Shown here one piece after another: positions 13,186 to 25,999 of a stretch of DNA of 64,000 nucleotides. The notes beneath the pieces were generated by a model. The model was not told the origin of the DNA, made no database searches, and saw only the letters and a program-made list of their open reading frames with translations. The DNA comes from Octopus sinensis (lineage: Eukaryota), in the NCBI RefSeq assembly GCF_006345805.1, contig NC_043012.1, positions 44,826,001-44,890,000 of the forward strand, given 5' to 3'. Made by a program: the position numbers and the translations under genes. The first letter of the stretch is position 1; each line of letters starts with the position of its first letter.

Positions 13186-13597
13186 AGGAGTAGCTGTGTG
13201 GTAAGTAGCTTGCTTACCAACCACATGGTTCCGGGTTCAGTCCCACTGCATGGCACTTTGGGCAAGTGTCTTCTACTATAGCCTTGGGCCGACCAAAGCC
13301 CTGTGAGTGGATTTGTTAGACAGAAACTGAAAGAAGCCCGTCGTATATATGTATATATATATATGTATGTGTGTGTGTGCATATGTTTGTGTGTCTGTGT
13401 TTGTCCCCCCCCCACATCACTTGACAACCGATGCTGGTGTGTTTACGTCCCCGTCACTTAGCGGTTCGGCAAAAGAGACCGATAGAATAAGTACTAGGCT
13501 TACAAAAAGTAAGTCCTGGGGTGGATTTGCTCGACTAAAGGCGGTGCTCCGGCATGGACACAGTCAAATGACTGAAGCAAGTAAAAGAGTAAAACAG
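13186..13597 (+). mobile_element. SINE family B, full length
   Basis: Colinear with 36116-36522 from the tRNA-like head to the gtaaaagag tail. Confidence 0.9.
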
Positions 13598-13602
13598 TAG
13601 AA

Positions 13603-13786
13603 TTTAATATACACAGCTTATACGTATGAGCTGCTAATAGTTTCATGCATTGAAGATTATCTACTCCTAGCGTCTTCAAGTAATCTTCACTATTTGAAGA
13701 CACTAGGCATGTTTTAAAACTTGCCTAGATAATCTTCAGTGTATGAAACTATTAGCAGCTCTTACGTATAAGCTGTGTATATTAAA
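13603..13786. repeat. Branched foldback: 61-bp arms enclosing two internal hairpins
   Basis: Arms 13603-13663 and 13726-13786 have 3 mismatches. Inner stems are cctagcgtcttcaa/ttgaagacactagg and aggcatgttttaaaacttgcct. Confidence 0.85.
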
Positions 13787-14057
13787 CAATACCTAGTTGT
13801 GTACCTATATTTCCTATATTTCTGCACGCTGAGCACGAGAAAATACAAACAGGATAAGATGAATGCTATCTCCAATACTAAGACAATCGGCGCTGTTAAA
13901 CAACTGATACAACGGATTAGTCTTCTTAGCAAGTTTATTGAAGAAACGGTTTATTCAAGCCTGTAAGCCGATTGTGGTCTCAAATTTGAACCTACCATGT
14001 TTCGAGTTCGATTTATATGTTTGTATCAGCAAATACACACACACACACACACACACG

Positions 14058-14099
<42 letters not shown>

Positions 14100-14104
<5 letters not shown>

Positions 14105-14252
14105 CGACGAGCTTCTTTCAGTTCCCGTCTATTAAATCCACTTACTAGGTTTTGGTCAGCCCGAGATTACAGCTTAAATATTTGCCCAAGTGACATGCAG
14201 TGGGACAGAACTCGGAGCTATGTAGGACTCTGACTATACAACAACGCCTGTG
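14100..14252 (-). mobile_element. SINE family B 5' half, diverged
   Basis: ttctttcagttcccgtctattaaatccac and tgcccaag...gcagtgggacagaac follow a (CA)n tract. Confidence 0.7.
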
Positions 14253-14253
14253 T

Positions 14254-14300
<47 letters not shown>

Positions 14301-14305
<5 letters not shown>

Positions 14306-14578
14306 TGACCGACCCGGCTATCAGATGTTGCTACACATCGCTGGTCACAATGCGCTTCGCATTGTTTTAGCCTTCAAATGACGCCACCCCGCTGGCTAAG
14401 CGAGCAGGCCAACAGAGGAAAGAGTGAGAGAAAGTCGGGATCGCCTCCCCCCCTGCCGGATCATCGTGGAGCTTTAGGCGTTTTCGCTCAATAAACACTC
14501 ACAACGCCCGGTCTGGGAATCGAAACCGTGATCCTACGACCGAGAGTCCGTTGCCCTAAGCACTGGGCCATTGCGCCT

Positions 14579-14580
<2 letters not shown>
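14301..14580 (-). mobile_element. tRNA(Arg)-like SINE family C
   Basis: Minus-strand head ggaggcgcaatggcccagtg...tttcgattccc. Colinear with 22811-23111. Confidence 0.85.
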
Positions 14581-14624
<44 letters not shown>

Positions 14625-14646
14625 AGGCGCAATGGCCCAGTGCTTA
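14557..14646. repeat. Perfect 90-bp palindrome: 24-bp SINE-head arms around (AT)21
   Basis: taagcactgggccattgcgcctcc-(at)21-ggaggcgcaatggcccagtgctta. Confidence 0.95.
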
Positions 14647-16269
14647 TATATATATATATGTACGTATGTATGTGTGTGTGTGTGTGTGTGTGTGCATTCC
14701 AAATAACAGGACTAAAAAATTGCGAATATTGCGTAAACTGATGTTGCAAGCAGAGTTGGTACAGAAACAATAGTATCGAATTTCTTTTTCTCATTATCTT
14801 CGCTACACTCACGGCGGTTTTACCGTCGTGAAACCAGGATCCTCTATACTTGATGAATTTTGGTATTTGTCCGGAATATTTGTACGTATATATCCGGAAT
14901 ATATGCATATATAAATATATGTATATACACACACATATATATTGAATACGCTATTATATGTCTTGCCCATCCTACCGAAGTTGATCAAGCATTGTATAAA
15001 TGAAATAAAAATATTGTAATAGATTTAACAGAAGTAATTAATATGACAGTAAACAGATACACACAGACACATACACACGCACAGAGGAGAATTATATATT
15101 TAAGAGAAGTCCTGTTAAGATATATCTTTAATACTTTTTTAAGAGAAGTTCTGTTAAGATATTTTTTTAATACTTTCAATCATGCTCCCAAAAATAATAT
15201 AATATACTTTCAAAATATCGAGTTTCGAATGCTTAGCACTTAAAATCAACATTATAATAATTTATGTTATTTTCTTCCTCTCTTTTTTCATCGGAGTCAG
15301 GTTCTGTCTGGCACAGAACCGGTATGATCACCAATATTTTCTGGTCGAGCAGAATTTGGTGCAGAGCGTGCCGAACAACAGCTGTGACAGGTGTACATTT
15401 GTAGTTGGTCGATAAACTTAAAACTTACAAAATGCAAACTAAGCATATCCAGGAACGACGAAACGTAGATATTAGAAAAAAGAAAGAATCAACAACCGAA
15501 CAAAAAACTGGAGAACAGATTTTTGAGCTATGATAGACATTAAGAAAATTTGAGAATTTTAAATGAAAAATAGTTACAGTCAACTTAAGGCATACGTAAT
15601 TGGTGGCGACTGATCTTCATTTACTTTCGTTATCTCCGAACTGTCGTTTGTCACTTAACTTTTCATGGAAAAGCAAATTGATTTGCACGAAGTTTTACTT
15701 CATCCAGCATTCAACAGAAAGAGTTAAGTTGTCGCTGTTGTGACATTAGTGCTTTATATATAAATTACTTTTATCGCAACACCTGAATCCTGAAGCATCG
15801 ATTTCTTTCCAAGGCAAAGATATTTATCTTCCTTTTAATACTAACCAGTATGAGCTTTAAGGTCGTTCCACCTCAACTTTTATTTATAAGGATTGCTTTA
15901 CCTGTTAGAAATACAAACCAAATATCCATCAAAACCATACTTTAGTCTCTTAAAAAGAAATAGCACACCACAAAATGTAGTCATAGCAACATATTAACTG
16001 AAAAACAAAAGAAACAAAAAACAAAATGAATAAAGATGGGAAGTTCACGGCCGATACATTTTTGATCGTAAGATAAAGAAACAGCAATAAAGTAAGTTAG
16101 TTATTGAGCTGTGTCGAGAAAAACTCGTTGTCAAGATACAGAATAATTTAAGAAACTTATAAAAATGTAATATGAATAGTTACACATGTTGTAATCAGAA
16201 AACATGGTTGGTAATGGTTACTTGAAACGGAGCAAGCCCTTAGAACAGACAGCAAATGTAAAATCTACA

Positions 16270-16850
16270 AAAAAAAAAAAGAAGAACGAGGTGAAAGTAT
16301 TAATCACCTTTTGAGTGAGTGCAGCGAAATAGCACAAAAGGAATATAAACGCAGACATAGCTGTATAGCTAAAAGCGTGCATTATGTTCACGGAGTGTGT
16401 GGCTTCAAAAGAACAGAAAAGAGGTATGGATACGAACCAGAGGCTTTGTTCCCCATAAAGACTGACCATACTTTTGATGCAAGAAGATCAGATATGATCA
16501 TAGAGGACAAAAGAAACGAACACCGTAAGATCAGAGATTTTGCAGTCCCCCAAGATACTAAAGAAATTGAAAACATTGAGATGTATCAGGAGCTAGACAG
16601 GGATCTGAGGAGACTATGGAAGGCCAAGACAACAGTTATCCATATAGTAATTGGTGCACTTGGCACAACACCCAAAATGCTACCTAAAACATTGAATGAA
16701 ATTAGAATTAAAACTCGCATTGTCGACCTGCAGAAAAGTACCATCCGATATTGTGCAAGAATCCCAAAGGAAATCTCTTGAGATTTGAGGAGTTTTGTCA
16801 CAAAACCTCAAGATGAAATACCTGCTAACTAAATTATTACGCACTAGTAA
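16270..16850 (+). mobile_element. 3' end of a restriction-like-endonuclease (R4/Dong-like) non-LTR retrotransposon
   Basis: ORF 16311-16781 has SECSEIAQKEYKRRH (CCHC-knuckle/RH region), RRSD...DFAVP (PD-(D/E)xK nuclease) and IVIGALG. Confidence 0.85.
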
Positions 16851-16851
16851 A

Positions 16852-16890
16852 ATAATAATGATAATGATGATGATGATGATGATGATGATG

Positions 16891-16968
<78 letters not shown>

Positions 16969-16980
16969 GTAATAATAATC
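16852..16980. repeat. (GAT)n-(AAT)n microsatellite directly 3' of the RLE LINE
   Basis: Seen directly. Confidence 0.95.
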
Positions 16981-17733
16981 CATTCTACTATAGGCACAAG
17001 GCCTGATATTTGAGGTGAGGGAACTAGTCGATTACATCGACCTTAGTTTTTCACTGGTACTTAATTATAATAATAATGATAATAATAATAATACATCATC
17101 TAGAAGGAAATTTCAGAGAGCCGACTCACGTGGAGTAATGATAGAGTGTAACTGGTTAATGAATAAGTGGAAATGAGGTGTTCGAAATGATAAGGAGGGC
17201 GAGATAAAGGGTGAGCAATTGCCTGAGAGGAAGAGGTATAGTCTCCGAGAAAGAGAAGCCACTGCAGTGATGGTGTAATACCTCGTTATTACTGAAGTTG
17301 TATTGGTTGTAGTACTGTAGTGGTTATTACATTTATCGTTTCTTATAGTACGCAGGTTTTGAGTAAACCAAAAGAATGTCTTATCCACATTTTCTTTCAA
17401 AAATTCATCTATTACATTTCACGATTCTTTGTCTTGAAAATATTACTTTTCCATTCGGAGTTGAGTTGTCTGGCCAAATGTAGTTTAAATTTCACATCTA
17501 ATTCTTCAGAGAAAAAGAACATTCCAAAACTGATTAGATGATAAACAGATGGCTAGGATTTATGATTTATCGCCTGTATATTTCCATTGCATTTTGTCTG
17601 TAGCATCATTCGATATTACTCAATTCTCTTCTTGAAATAAACCCCGTCATTTCACTAAGGAATAACTTACAGTCAACCATATAAGCGTTACACACCCACG
17701 CACACACACACACACACATACACACACACACAA

Positions 17734-17814
<81 letters not shown>

Positions 17815-17865
17815 TCATGTATATATATATATAATATATATATATAATATATTATATATATACTC

Positions 17866-17903
<38 letters not shown>

Positions 17904-18240
17904 ATATATATATATATACAATTGTGTCTGTGTATGTGTTGAAACTGTGTACGTGTGTGTATGAACACACATACACACACACGCACAAACACACGCACAT
18001 ATATTTTAGCGTTACTTCAGTGGTCACTACATTTCATTTATATTTATATATATACACGCATAGATATTTTTATACACACATAGACAAACATTTATATATT
18101 CACATGAATATAGACATATACAGCTATATACTTAAAAACATATACAAGCCAATGTTTACATTTATATATACTATATATATATATAGTGTGTGTGTGCGTG
18201 TGTGCGTGTGTGTGTGTATGTGTGTGTGTATGTGTATGTA

Positions 18241-18362
18241 TCTGTAAATATAATGTGTGACAATTATTCGGTAGCCATGATAAAACTCCGAATTTCTGAT
18301 GTCGGGACGGAAACTCGGAGTTTTGTCATGCCTACCGAATAATTGTCATATATATTTACAGA
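18241..18362. mobile_element. Hairpin of two inverted copies of a PLE 3' terminus
   Basis: Arms 18241-18296 and 18310-18362. gaaactcggagttttgtcatgcctaccgaataat closely resembles the PLE end gaaactcagagttttatcttgactaccgagtaat at 48913-48946. Confidence 0.7.
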
Positions 18363-18426
18363 TAAATTCCTCTATTTACATAATATCGATGTCTCTTTCC
18401 TTCTTTAGTTGTCTTATCATTTGTAT

Positions 18427-18490
<64 letters not shown>

Positions 18491-19216
18491 GAGAGACGAA
18501 TAAAGACGTATTAAATAGCATAAAAGGCTGATTGAAGCTATCTTTGCTTCTAGAGAGGCGGAGATATTTTTAATAAAATGGTTGGTTTTCCTGGAGAAAA
18601 GAGGACCGCTGTGTGTTTCTACCTCAATAGACGTCATCAGCATAATAATTGTTCAACCTTATCTCCAGTACAACGAAGCATTTAGATGCAGAAATATAGA
18701 AAATAGGTTAGAACAGCTTAGGTAATTTGCATAAAGGAAACGAAAATGAGCTGTGACAATTAACTGAGAATGGCCAGTCGCATGTATCTTAAGTAATGGA
18801 TGTATTATCCCATATTAAATACCATGCAAGAAAACTCTCAATTTATTGAAACTATCTCCCCTTAAATGCACATACTTGAATACATACAGGTAATTATGTA
18901 CGATTTTTGAAAGCGTGCTTTATATTTTGCAGAGTTTTGGAGTTAATAAGGAATATGACGGAGAAAGCTAACAACACAATGCAGACACTTTAGATCATTC
19001 TGTAACGAGGAAAAACATCTTTGATCAACCTTCATTATGTGTAAAGATGGCTGCCAGCGAACAAGGAAAAAAACTATACACATCCACAATTATCACACTG
19101 TCAAAACAGCTTATTTCACTCACTGGTTCTTCATATTATTTCACTTATTAATTTCTTCTCCCCTACAATGGTTACATTTTTTTCTTTTGCCTCTGCTGCA
19201 ACTTCTGCTGCTGCGG

Positions 19217-19228
19217 CTACTACTACTA

Positions 19229-19296
<68 letters not shown>
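19217..19296. repeat. (CTA)n microsatellite
   Basis: Seen directly. Confidence 0.95.
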
Positions 19297-22043
19297 GAGA
19301 ACGTTTCATTTTTTTTTAATATTCACCTTATTCCACTTCATTGTTATTCGTCTTTGATCTTATTTGTTATTCTCTCATTTTCCCTCTTTGTTTACATTGA
19401 TTCTCTTTTATTCCCATTGTTTTCTTTATATTTTTATCTCCCCATTCTTCTTACTCTCCTGTATTTCTTGTTATTATTCTATATTTTTCATATCGTTTGT
19501 TTCTCTTTCATTGTTTATGTAGCTGCGATTGTTGCTTTTTTTGTTTCATTCCCACCATTATCATCATTGTCGTCGTTGTGTTTCTCATCATCATCATTAT
19601 CATCAGCAATATCAACATCATCTCTTCTTATTTGATCTTTTTTTAATGCATTTTTTTGTTGTCTTCGGCTTCATCTGTTTTAATGTGTACCACCGCTTAC
19701 TCTTTCCTTACTATTTGGTTTGAAGCACAAGACATCATCAATTATTAATACCGATTTTATTTCGGAAAATCCTTCCATTCTTTGCATATTTTTCTTCTTT
19801 GGCAGAAATATGGTATGAAAACTTAAGCTGATTGCATCATAGATACTGCGCAGTATCTGAACCGCCCAACCTTTCCAGTTCTCTATACTGAGCTGCAGGC
19901 CATTGAATGTAACTCTATAATTTACGACCAGTGTTTCCTATGCTTTCAGAATTTTGCTGAATTTCTCTAAACAAGATGAACGAAGTATTGTTCTACAGAA
20001 TAATTTCTACCAGTTACTTCACGGGAGATACTAGTAGTGTTTATATTACGAGTATGTAAAACTTTTGCAATTGAGTGAACACCCAATATAATCATATTCA
20101 ACAATAGATCTCAATTTAAATCACTTAAATTTAAAAATTTCGAATTTGACTAGAACGGATCCAGAAATAGACTGGGTTACAGGATTATCCGGCACAACTA
20201 GATGAGGTTGCACGAATTTACTATCTGGTTGGTCTGCTAAACGACTCCGAACCATCGTCGTCGCTGATCCTTAATCGTGATGCACAATCATTTCCACAAC
20301 CTGACACAACGCATCATCATAAATTAAACGGACGATGATGAACAAGTTATCTTTATTTTAAATTTTGTATTAAAATTTTGTATGAGTTATCAATTAATTC
20401 ATATCTTATTGCATTAGGAAAATTCTTCGTGTTACTGTAATTGTAATTCACTATTACATTGAAATTGGAAGCCACCAACTGTTGAAGAGAGTACTATTAT
20501 ATTTCGTATCATAAATTTTATTTGGTTATACATATATAATCCTTGATCAGCCGTATATATTTCATGTTCATCTCACGTGAAAACTAAATACTTCTATCTA
20601 CTTATGTGAGCACAGCTAGAGAAACCTCATTTGGATAAAGGTGGAAAAGCAACTGTATTACAATGTATTTAATTAGAAGACTTACTCAGCATCAAAATAT
20701 CAACAGGGTATTGTTAAGACAAATTTTCGTGAAGGTTTGTTGGTTCAATAATATTATACCAAGGAATGATAATTGTCTTAGAAAATCAGTAAATATATCC
20801 CCAGAGGGCTTTATCGGTGCAATTCAATAAGATAGGATGCTTAAATACATGCCAGCAACTATATTTTAGATGACCAATGACTTAACAGGTGATGAGATTG
20901 ATGATTGTACGTAAATGTGAATTCAACAAACGGAAGAAATGACCCTGATATGTACAACTTTACATCAGTAGAAATCAAGATATTTAGGCAACTATTCATC
21001 TCACTATTGAACGAAAGACAGTTACCATTAGCCATCCAATATATAGCACTTGTTGGCGTTATATGTGGTTAAAAATACCTTCACACTACTCTGCTAGACG
21101 AAAATAAAATGCTGGGATGCTTTAATAAATGTCAGGAAGTATATAGTAGTTTCTTATATTTAAGCGTAGTCACTTTTTATATTTTTTATTCCCCTAGAGT
21201 TTTATCAGAGTGTTTCGCGGGATCATTAGCCACGGTATGGCGTAAAGAAGCATATCGCAAGAATAGGAGAACTTGTTTAGATATTACCCAAAGATATATT
21301 GAAGGCAATGACTTAAAAGGAAAGCAGAATCATTCGCTCTTATAGTAGACAAAATTTTATAGTCTCCAGTCAATTTTTTATATCAATGCATATCAAAAAA
21401 CTAACAAATGGAGCATGCTAACACAAGTAAAACATACAAAAACGAGTAAAAATAACGATATTGATATAAATAACTAAGAATGTAAAAAATTTCACTTAAA
21501 ATGTCTCAGGCCAAGTTTTGGAGAAAAATAATGTTACTTTATTGTTTATATAACATCACCATCAGGCCTTTTTAAGGTTGTTGTCTTCAGAATTCTATTG
21601 ATTTTTAAAGCAGCAAGTGTCATTGGAAATATAGTGTTGAGAAGAAATATCTAATTTTTGCTGTCAAGAAATTTTTAGAGTGTTTCGATATATTTCTAAT
21701 GTGCCAAATTCAAACCTGGTATCCATTTCATTCAAGTTTTATAGTTTTCTCTTTTTTCCATATAAAATACAGGTGTTTTCAGTTTTTAAATTTTTTGAAA
21801 CGAATTATTTGTCAATGTGTAACGAAAGAATGTTCTAAAGAACTTGCACAAATTAATTAATTACTTCATTAAATAAATAAAAATAATCGAATATTTTATA
21901 GAAGTATACACGAAGAAACGCATGGCGGTTTTTCCCACGGCACCATCGTCTGGTTTCGTTATTGTATCAGTATATATATATATGTATTATCAGTTTCGTT
22001 ATTGTATCAGTATATATTATCAGTTTCGTTATTGTATCATATA

Positions 22044-22083
<40 letters not shown>

Positions 22084-22098
22084 TATCAGTATATATAT

Positions 22099-22157
<59 letters not shown>

Positions 22158-22163
<6 letters not shown>

Positions 22164-22644
22164 AATATAAGAGAGTGGTCACTATATGGCTCACTCTAGC
22201 ACCAGTTAATCCAAAAGGTTTCAACCACAAAAATACATGTTTCCCATGAAAGTCAGTACGATTGTTAGCTCACACGGACAGGGCAAATAAAAAATAACAA
22301 AAATACAGATTATTTTGGGACAATTGTTTCGCTATTAATGAATTAAATGTAATTTTACTTACAAAAAAATCCACTTGTAGCTCGTCAGCCAAAACTATCC
22401 AGATAGTTTTTGGCTGACGAGCTACAAGTGGATTTTTTTGTAAGTAAAATTACATTTAATTCATTAATAGCGAAACAATTGTCCCAAAATAATCTGTATT
22501 TTTGTTATTTTTTATTTGCCCTGTCCGTGTGAGCTAACAATCGTACTGACTTTCATGGGAAACATGTATTTTTGTGGTTGAAACCTTTTGGATTAACTGG
22601 TGCTAGAGTGAGCCATATAGTGACCACTCTCTTATATTTATTTT
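22158..22644. repeat. Near-perfect 487-bp palindrome (242/243-bp arms, 2-nt spacer)
   Basis: 22158-22399 is the reverse complement of 22402-22644 with one homopolymer indel. It starts right after a long (AT)n tract. Confidence 0.95.
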
Positions 22645-22765
22645 GTAAAAATATTGTAATATATTATAAAATATTATAATAATCCAGGTTTCTCGGAGCA
22701 CTAGGCCACTTGGTGTTGAATAGATATACTATTAAATTAGTATCTAATTCTCTCACCCTTATTAA

Positions 22766-22807
<42 letters not shown>

Positions 22808-22810
22808 TAT

Positions 22811-23110
22811 CACCGTTACCGACCAGGCTATAAGATGTTGCTACACATCGCTGGTCACAATGCGCTTCGCATTGTTTTAGCCTTCAGATGACGCCAACCT
22901 GCTGGCTAAGCGAGCAGGCCAACAGAAGAAAGAGTTAGAGAAAGTTGTGGCGAAAGAGTACAGCAGGGATCGCCACCACCCCATGCCGGAGCCTCGTGGA
23001 GTTTTTAGGTGTTTTCGCTCAATAAACACACATACCGCTCGGTTTGGGAATCGAAACTGCGATCCTACGACCGTGAGTCAGCTGCCCTAACCACTGGGCC
23101 ATTGCGCCAC

Positions 23111-23111
<1 letters not shown>
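22811..23111 (-). mobile_element. tRNA(Arg)-like SINE family C
   Basis: Colinear with 14301-14580. Confidence 0.85.
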
Positions 23112-23142
<31 letters not shown>

Positions 23143-23257
23143 CATACATGTACATACATATCCATCCATCCATCCATACATACATACATATATATAAATA
23201 TACATACATATATATATATATCCATCCATCCATACATACATACATACATATATATAA

Positions 23258-23290
<33 letters not shown>

Positions 23291-24199
23291 ATATATATAT
23301 ATATATATTATATATATATATTATATATATATATATACGTGTTTGTGTATATGTACATACACACACACATGTATATAAGCAACTCACTTTTTCATACAAT
23401 TTCAATACAAGGCCCTGTCAAAATATATCTGAATATGAATAGCAAATGATACAGTATGAACTGTAGGCATATTTATAGGGATTGAAGAGCGCTATGTAGT
23501 TCATATTGATTTTCGACTTGTTGATTGGAAATCTGATCGATGTTGTAATATTATTTCTTCTGTAAATTTGACATTGGGTGTCAATGTAATAACTTGATAT
23601 AAATTGTAAATATTAGCTTAAGAAAGTTGAAAGTTGTGATTTTACGTTCAAGCTTTAAAACCATTGTAAACAAATTCCATTTGAATTGTAAATTGAAATC
23701 TAGTCTTAGATTATAAAAGAATTTAATGCTGCGTCACAGTCACCACCACGGTTATAACCTAGCGTCTACAATATCTGAAATCGATGAGGTTAATGAAGTG
23801 GGGACTCTACTTAAAATAATGATCTCTGTAATAGTACAGTTAACATTTAGTTCGTTCTGGTAACTGAATACCATTTGCTCACTGTATTAGTGTTTAAAGA
23901 GTTAAACAATGCAGTTAAACAAGTAATGTTTTATAAAAATAATATTTCGTTCCAAACAAAGTGACTAATAATTTAAATTCATCAGCATTTATTTAGCGAC
24001 TAATCGTCCCTTCAAGTGTCAAAATTTTAATGCATAAAACAACGCTTAAATACCAATTTATGAATGAGATTAATAAACGATAGAAAAACAAAACAAAACG
24101 AAAAACTGAAATATGACTCATTAATAAAGTGTAAAGTAAATTTCGAGGAAAATAATGCATTAAATCTGCCTTTCTTATCATTTACCACTAATCCAAGAA

Positions 24200-25600
24200 A
24201 ATTTCGCAATTCAGTGTATATGGCATTCAGTGGTGGTCTCTAGTTTACTTTCGCGGTTGGTCTGTCACATGGTTTCTGTCTCAGAGAATATGACTTTTGT
24301 ACATATCCTTCTGGCGGGGCTTAACTAATTTCACTATGGATATCAAAAAGAACTGTTGATGTAATAACAGCTTCGTTAGTTAGGAGTACGTTATACTATT
24401 TTAGAATATTTTCAAACTGGAATTGAATTGAAATGGTGACTTCACTGTGCGAACTTTTGACCTCTTCATACTCTACTTCTATTAATGCTGAAGATCTTTT
24501 GCTATGGGTCATCTAGAGAATGAAACCATTAACGAAACACATGACTTTGAAGGCCAGTTTAATTAATGATCCAGTTCCCAAGACCGTTTGTATCAATTTC
24601 TCATACGCCTCTAATACTATTAAGAATAGAACTGGTGTCTTACAGATTTCTTTTGAGAAAATAATCTATTACAGAGGTAGAGGACTTGCAGAGGGCGAGG
24701 AACAAGTGTAAATGATTTCAAATTTTGAAACTTACTTGAATCACTTCATTGAGTTTAAATTTCGATTAAATGAAATTATCAGGAAAGCCGTGTCGTTCGA
24801 TGATTATCAGTTCTTAATCCAAATCTTGCTGTTATCTTTCAACATGTTATGGATTTCTCAAAAACAAAAAGAGAGGACTCCACTAAACTGATATTTGATG
24901 TCAGTTTTTTTAACATTTCATGAATATACGAGATAAAGCTCGCACGTCTGTCTATCAACAATAGCTTTCTCTTGGAAACATTTCTAAAACTTTTATCTAT
25001 GAGCACATTGGCAGCAGTTAATTCTGTTATGAAGAAATGTAAAAGAACTGATCTCGTTAATATAATGACTCTCTCAAGAAGTAACTATTGTATTTTTTTT
25101 TAAAAAGGAGAGGTCTTGATGTATGTAAAAGTGCTTCGGAGAGGAACATAAATATACTCCAATATCACAGCTTCGAATACGCTTTTAGGTATTTAAAGCC
25201 GCTTAATTCTCAGTAAAATCAGTGGATTGACTGTGAATTTCCAAAGAGGCAAATGACAATTCATTCCTAATTGTAACTGTAAAAGTTAGCTGTTTTGCTG
25301 ATTTTTTTTTATCAATTTCTTGAAGACTTGGAAGCTTGAACATTCCACCTAATAACATCTACTCATTAATAGCAATTGTTAAGTCGCAGTTGTGGAGTTC
25401 ACAAAACAGAATTTGACCCAAATCGAAATTCTTTCAAGTTAGCAACACTCAAAACAGGTAAACTTCATTTGTTATGTTGATTTCTGTATTTCTTTCTTTG
25501 CCAATTAAAGTATAGAAATATTGCGATTTGAATGCTTGGAATGCTTTTATTCAGAATATAAAATCAAAATTTATTATCAAACGTGTTACATTTATAAAGA
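24200..25600 (-). pseudogene. Probable decayed BTB/POZ-BACK-kelch (kelch-like) sequence
   Basis: By-eye minus-strand translation: NFDFIF*IKAFQAFKSQYFYTLIGKERNTEINITNEV...MLLGGMFKLPSLQEI (BTB-like), LQLQLGMNCHLPLWKF...VFEAVILEYIYVPL (BACK-like), later VMCFVNGFIL (kelch-like). Many stops; no introns apparent. Confidence 0.45.
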
Positions 25601-25999
25601 ATAGAATAAAGTTATTAGGAAAATAATCGTATCTGTGTACAATTGACATTAGCATATATTTTCGACTGAATTGTTTACAAAATTAAATTCGCTTTAACCA
25701 TCACACACAACGCACGCGCACACACACACGACGTATGTGTACACGTGTGAATGTATATTTGTTTATTAATACTTTTCCCTCTGTATAATGTATATATGCA
25801 AACAGGAATACATCGTATTCGGATCTGTAAGCATGTATGTACGTTATTCCTTTTTTAAAGTTTTGAATATTCCCCGTTAATTTTTAGCAAAGAACAAACC
25901 TAGGATTTAGATAACAACAATAATAAAGTGTTATACACGTTGAATTTTAGAAAACACCTTAAATATATTCCCTTTTACTCTTATAGATCAATATAGAAA

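Noticed and set aside
14500-14580. tRNA-like sequences at SINE heads (also ~23030-23111, 36116-36190, 49219-49290)
   Set aside because: They have A/B-box-like motifs but no complete cloverleaf and continue into SINE bodies, so they are not tRNA genes.
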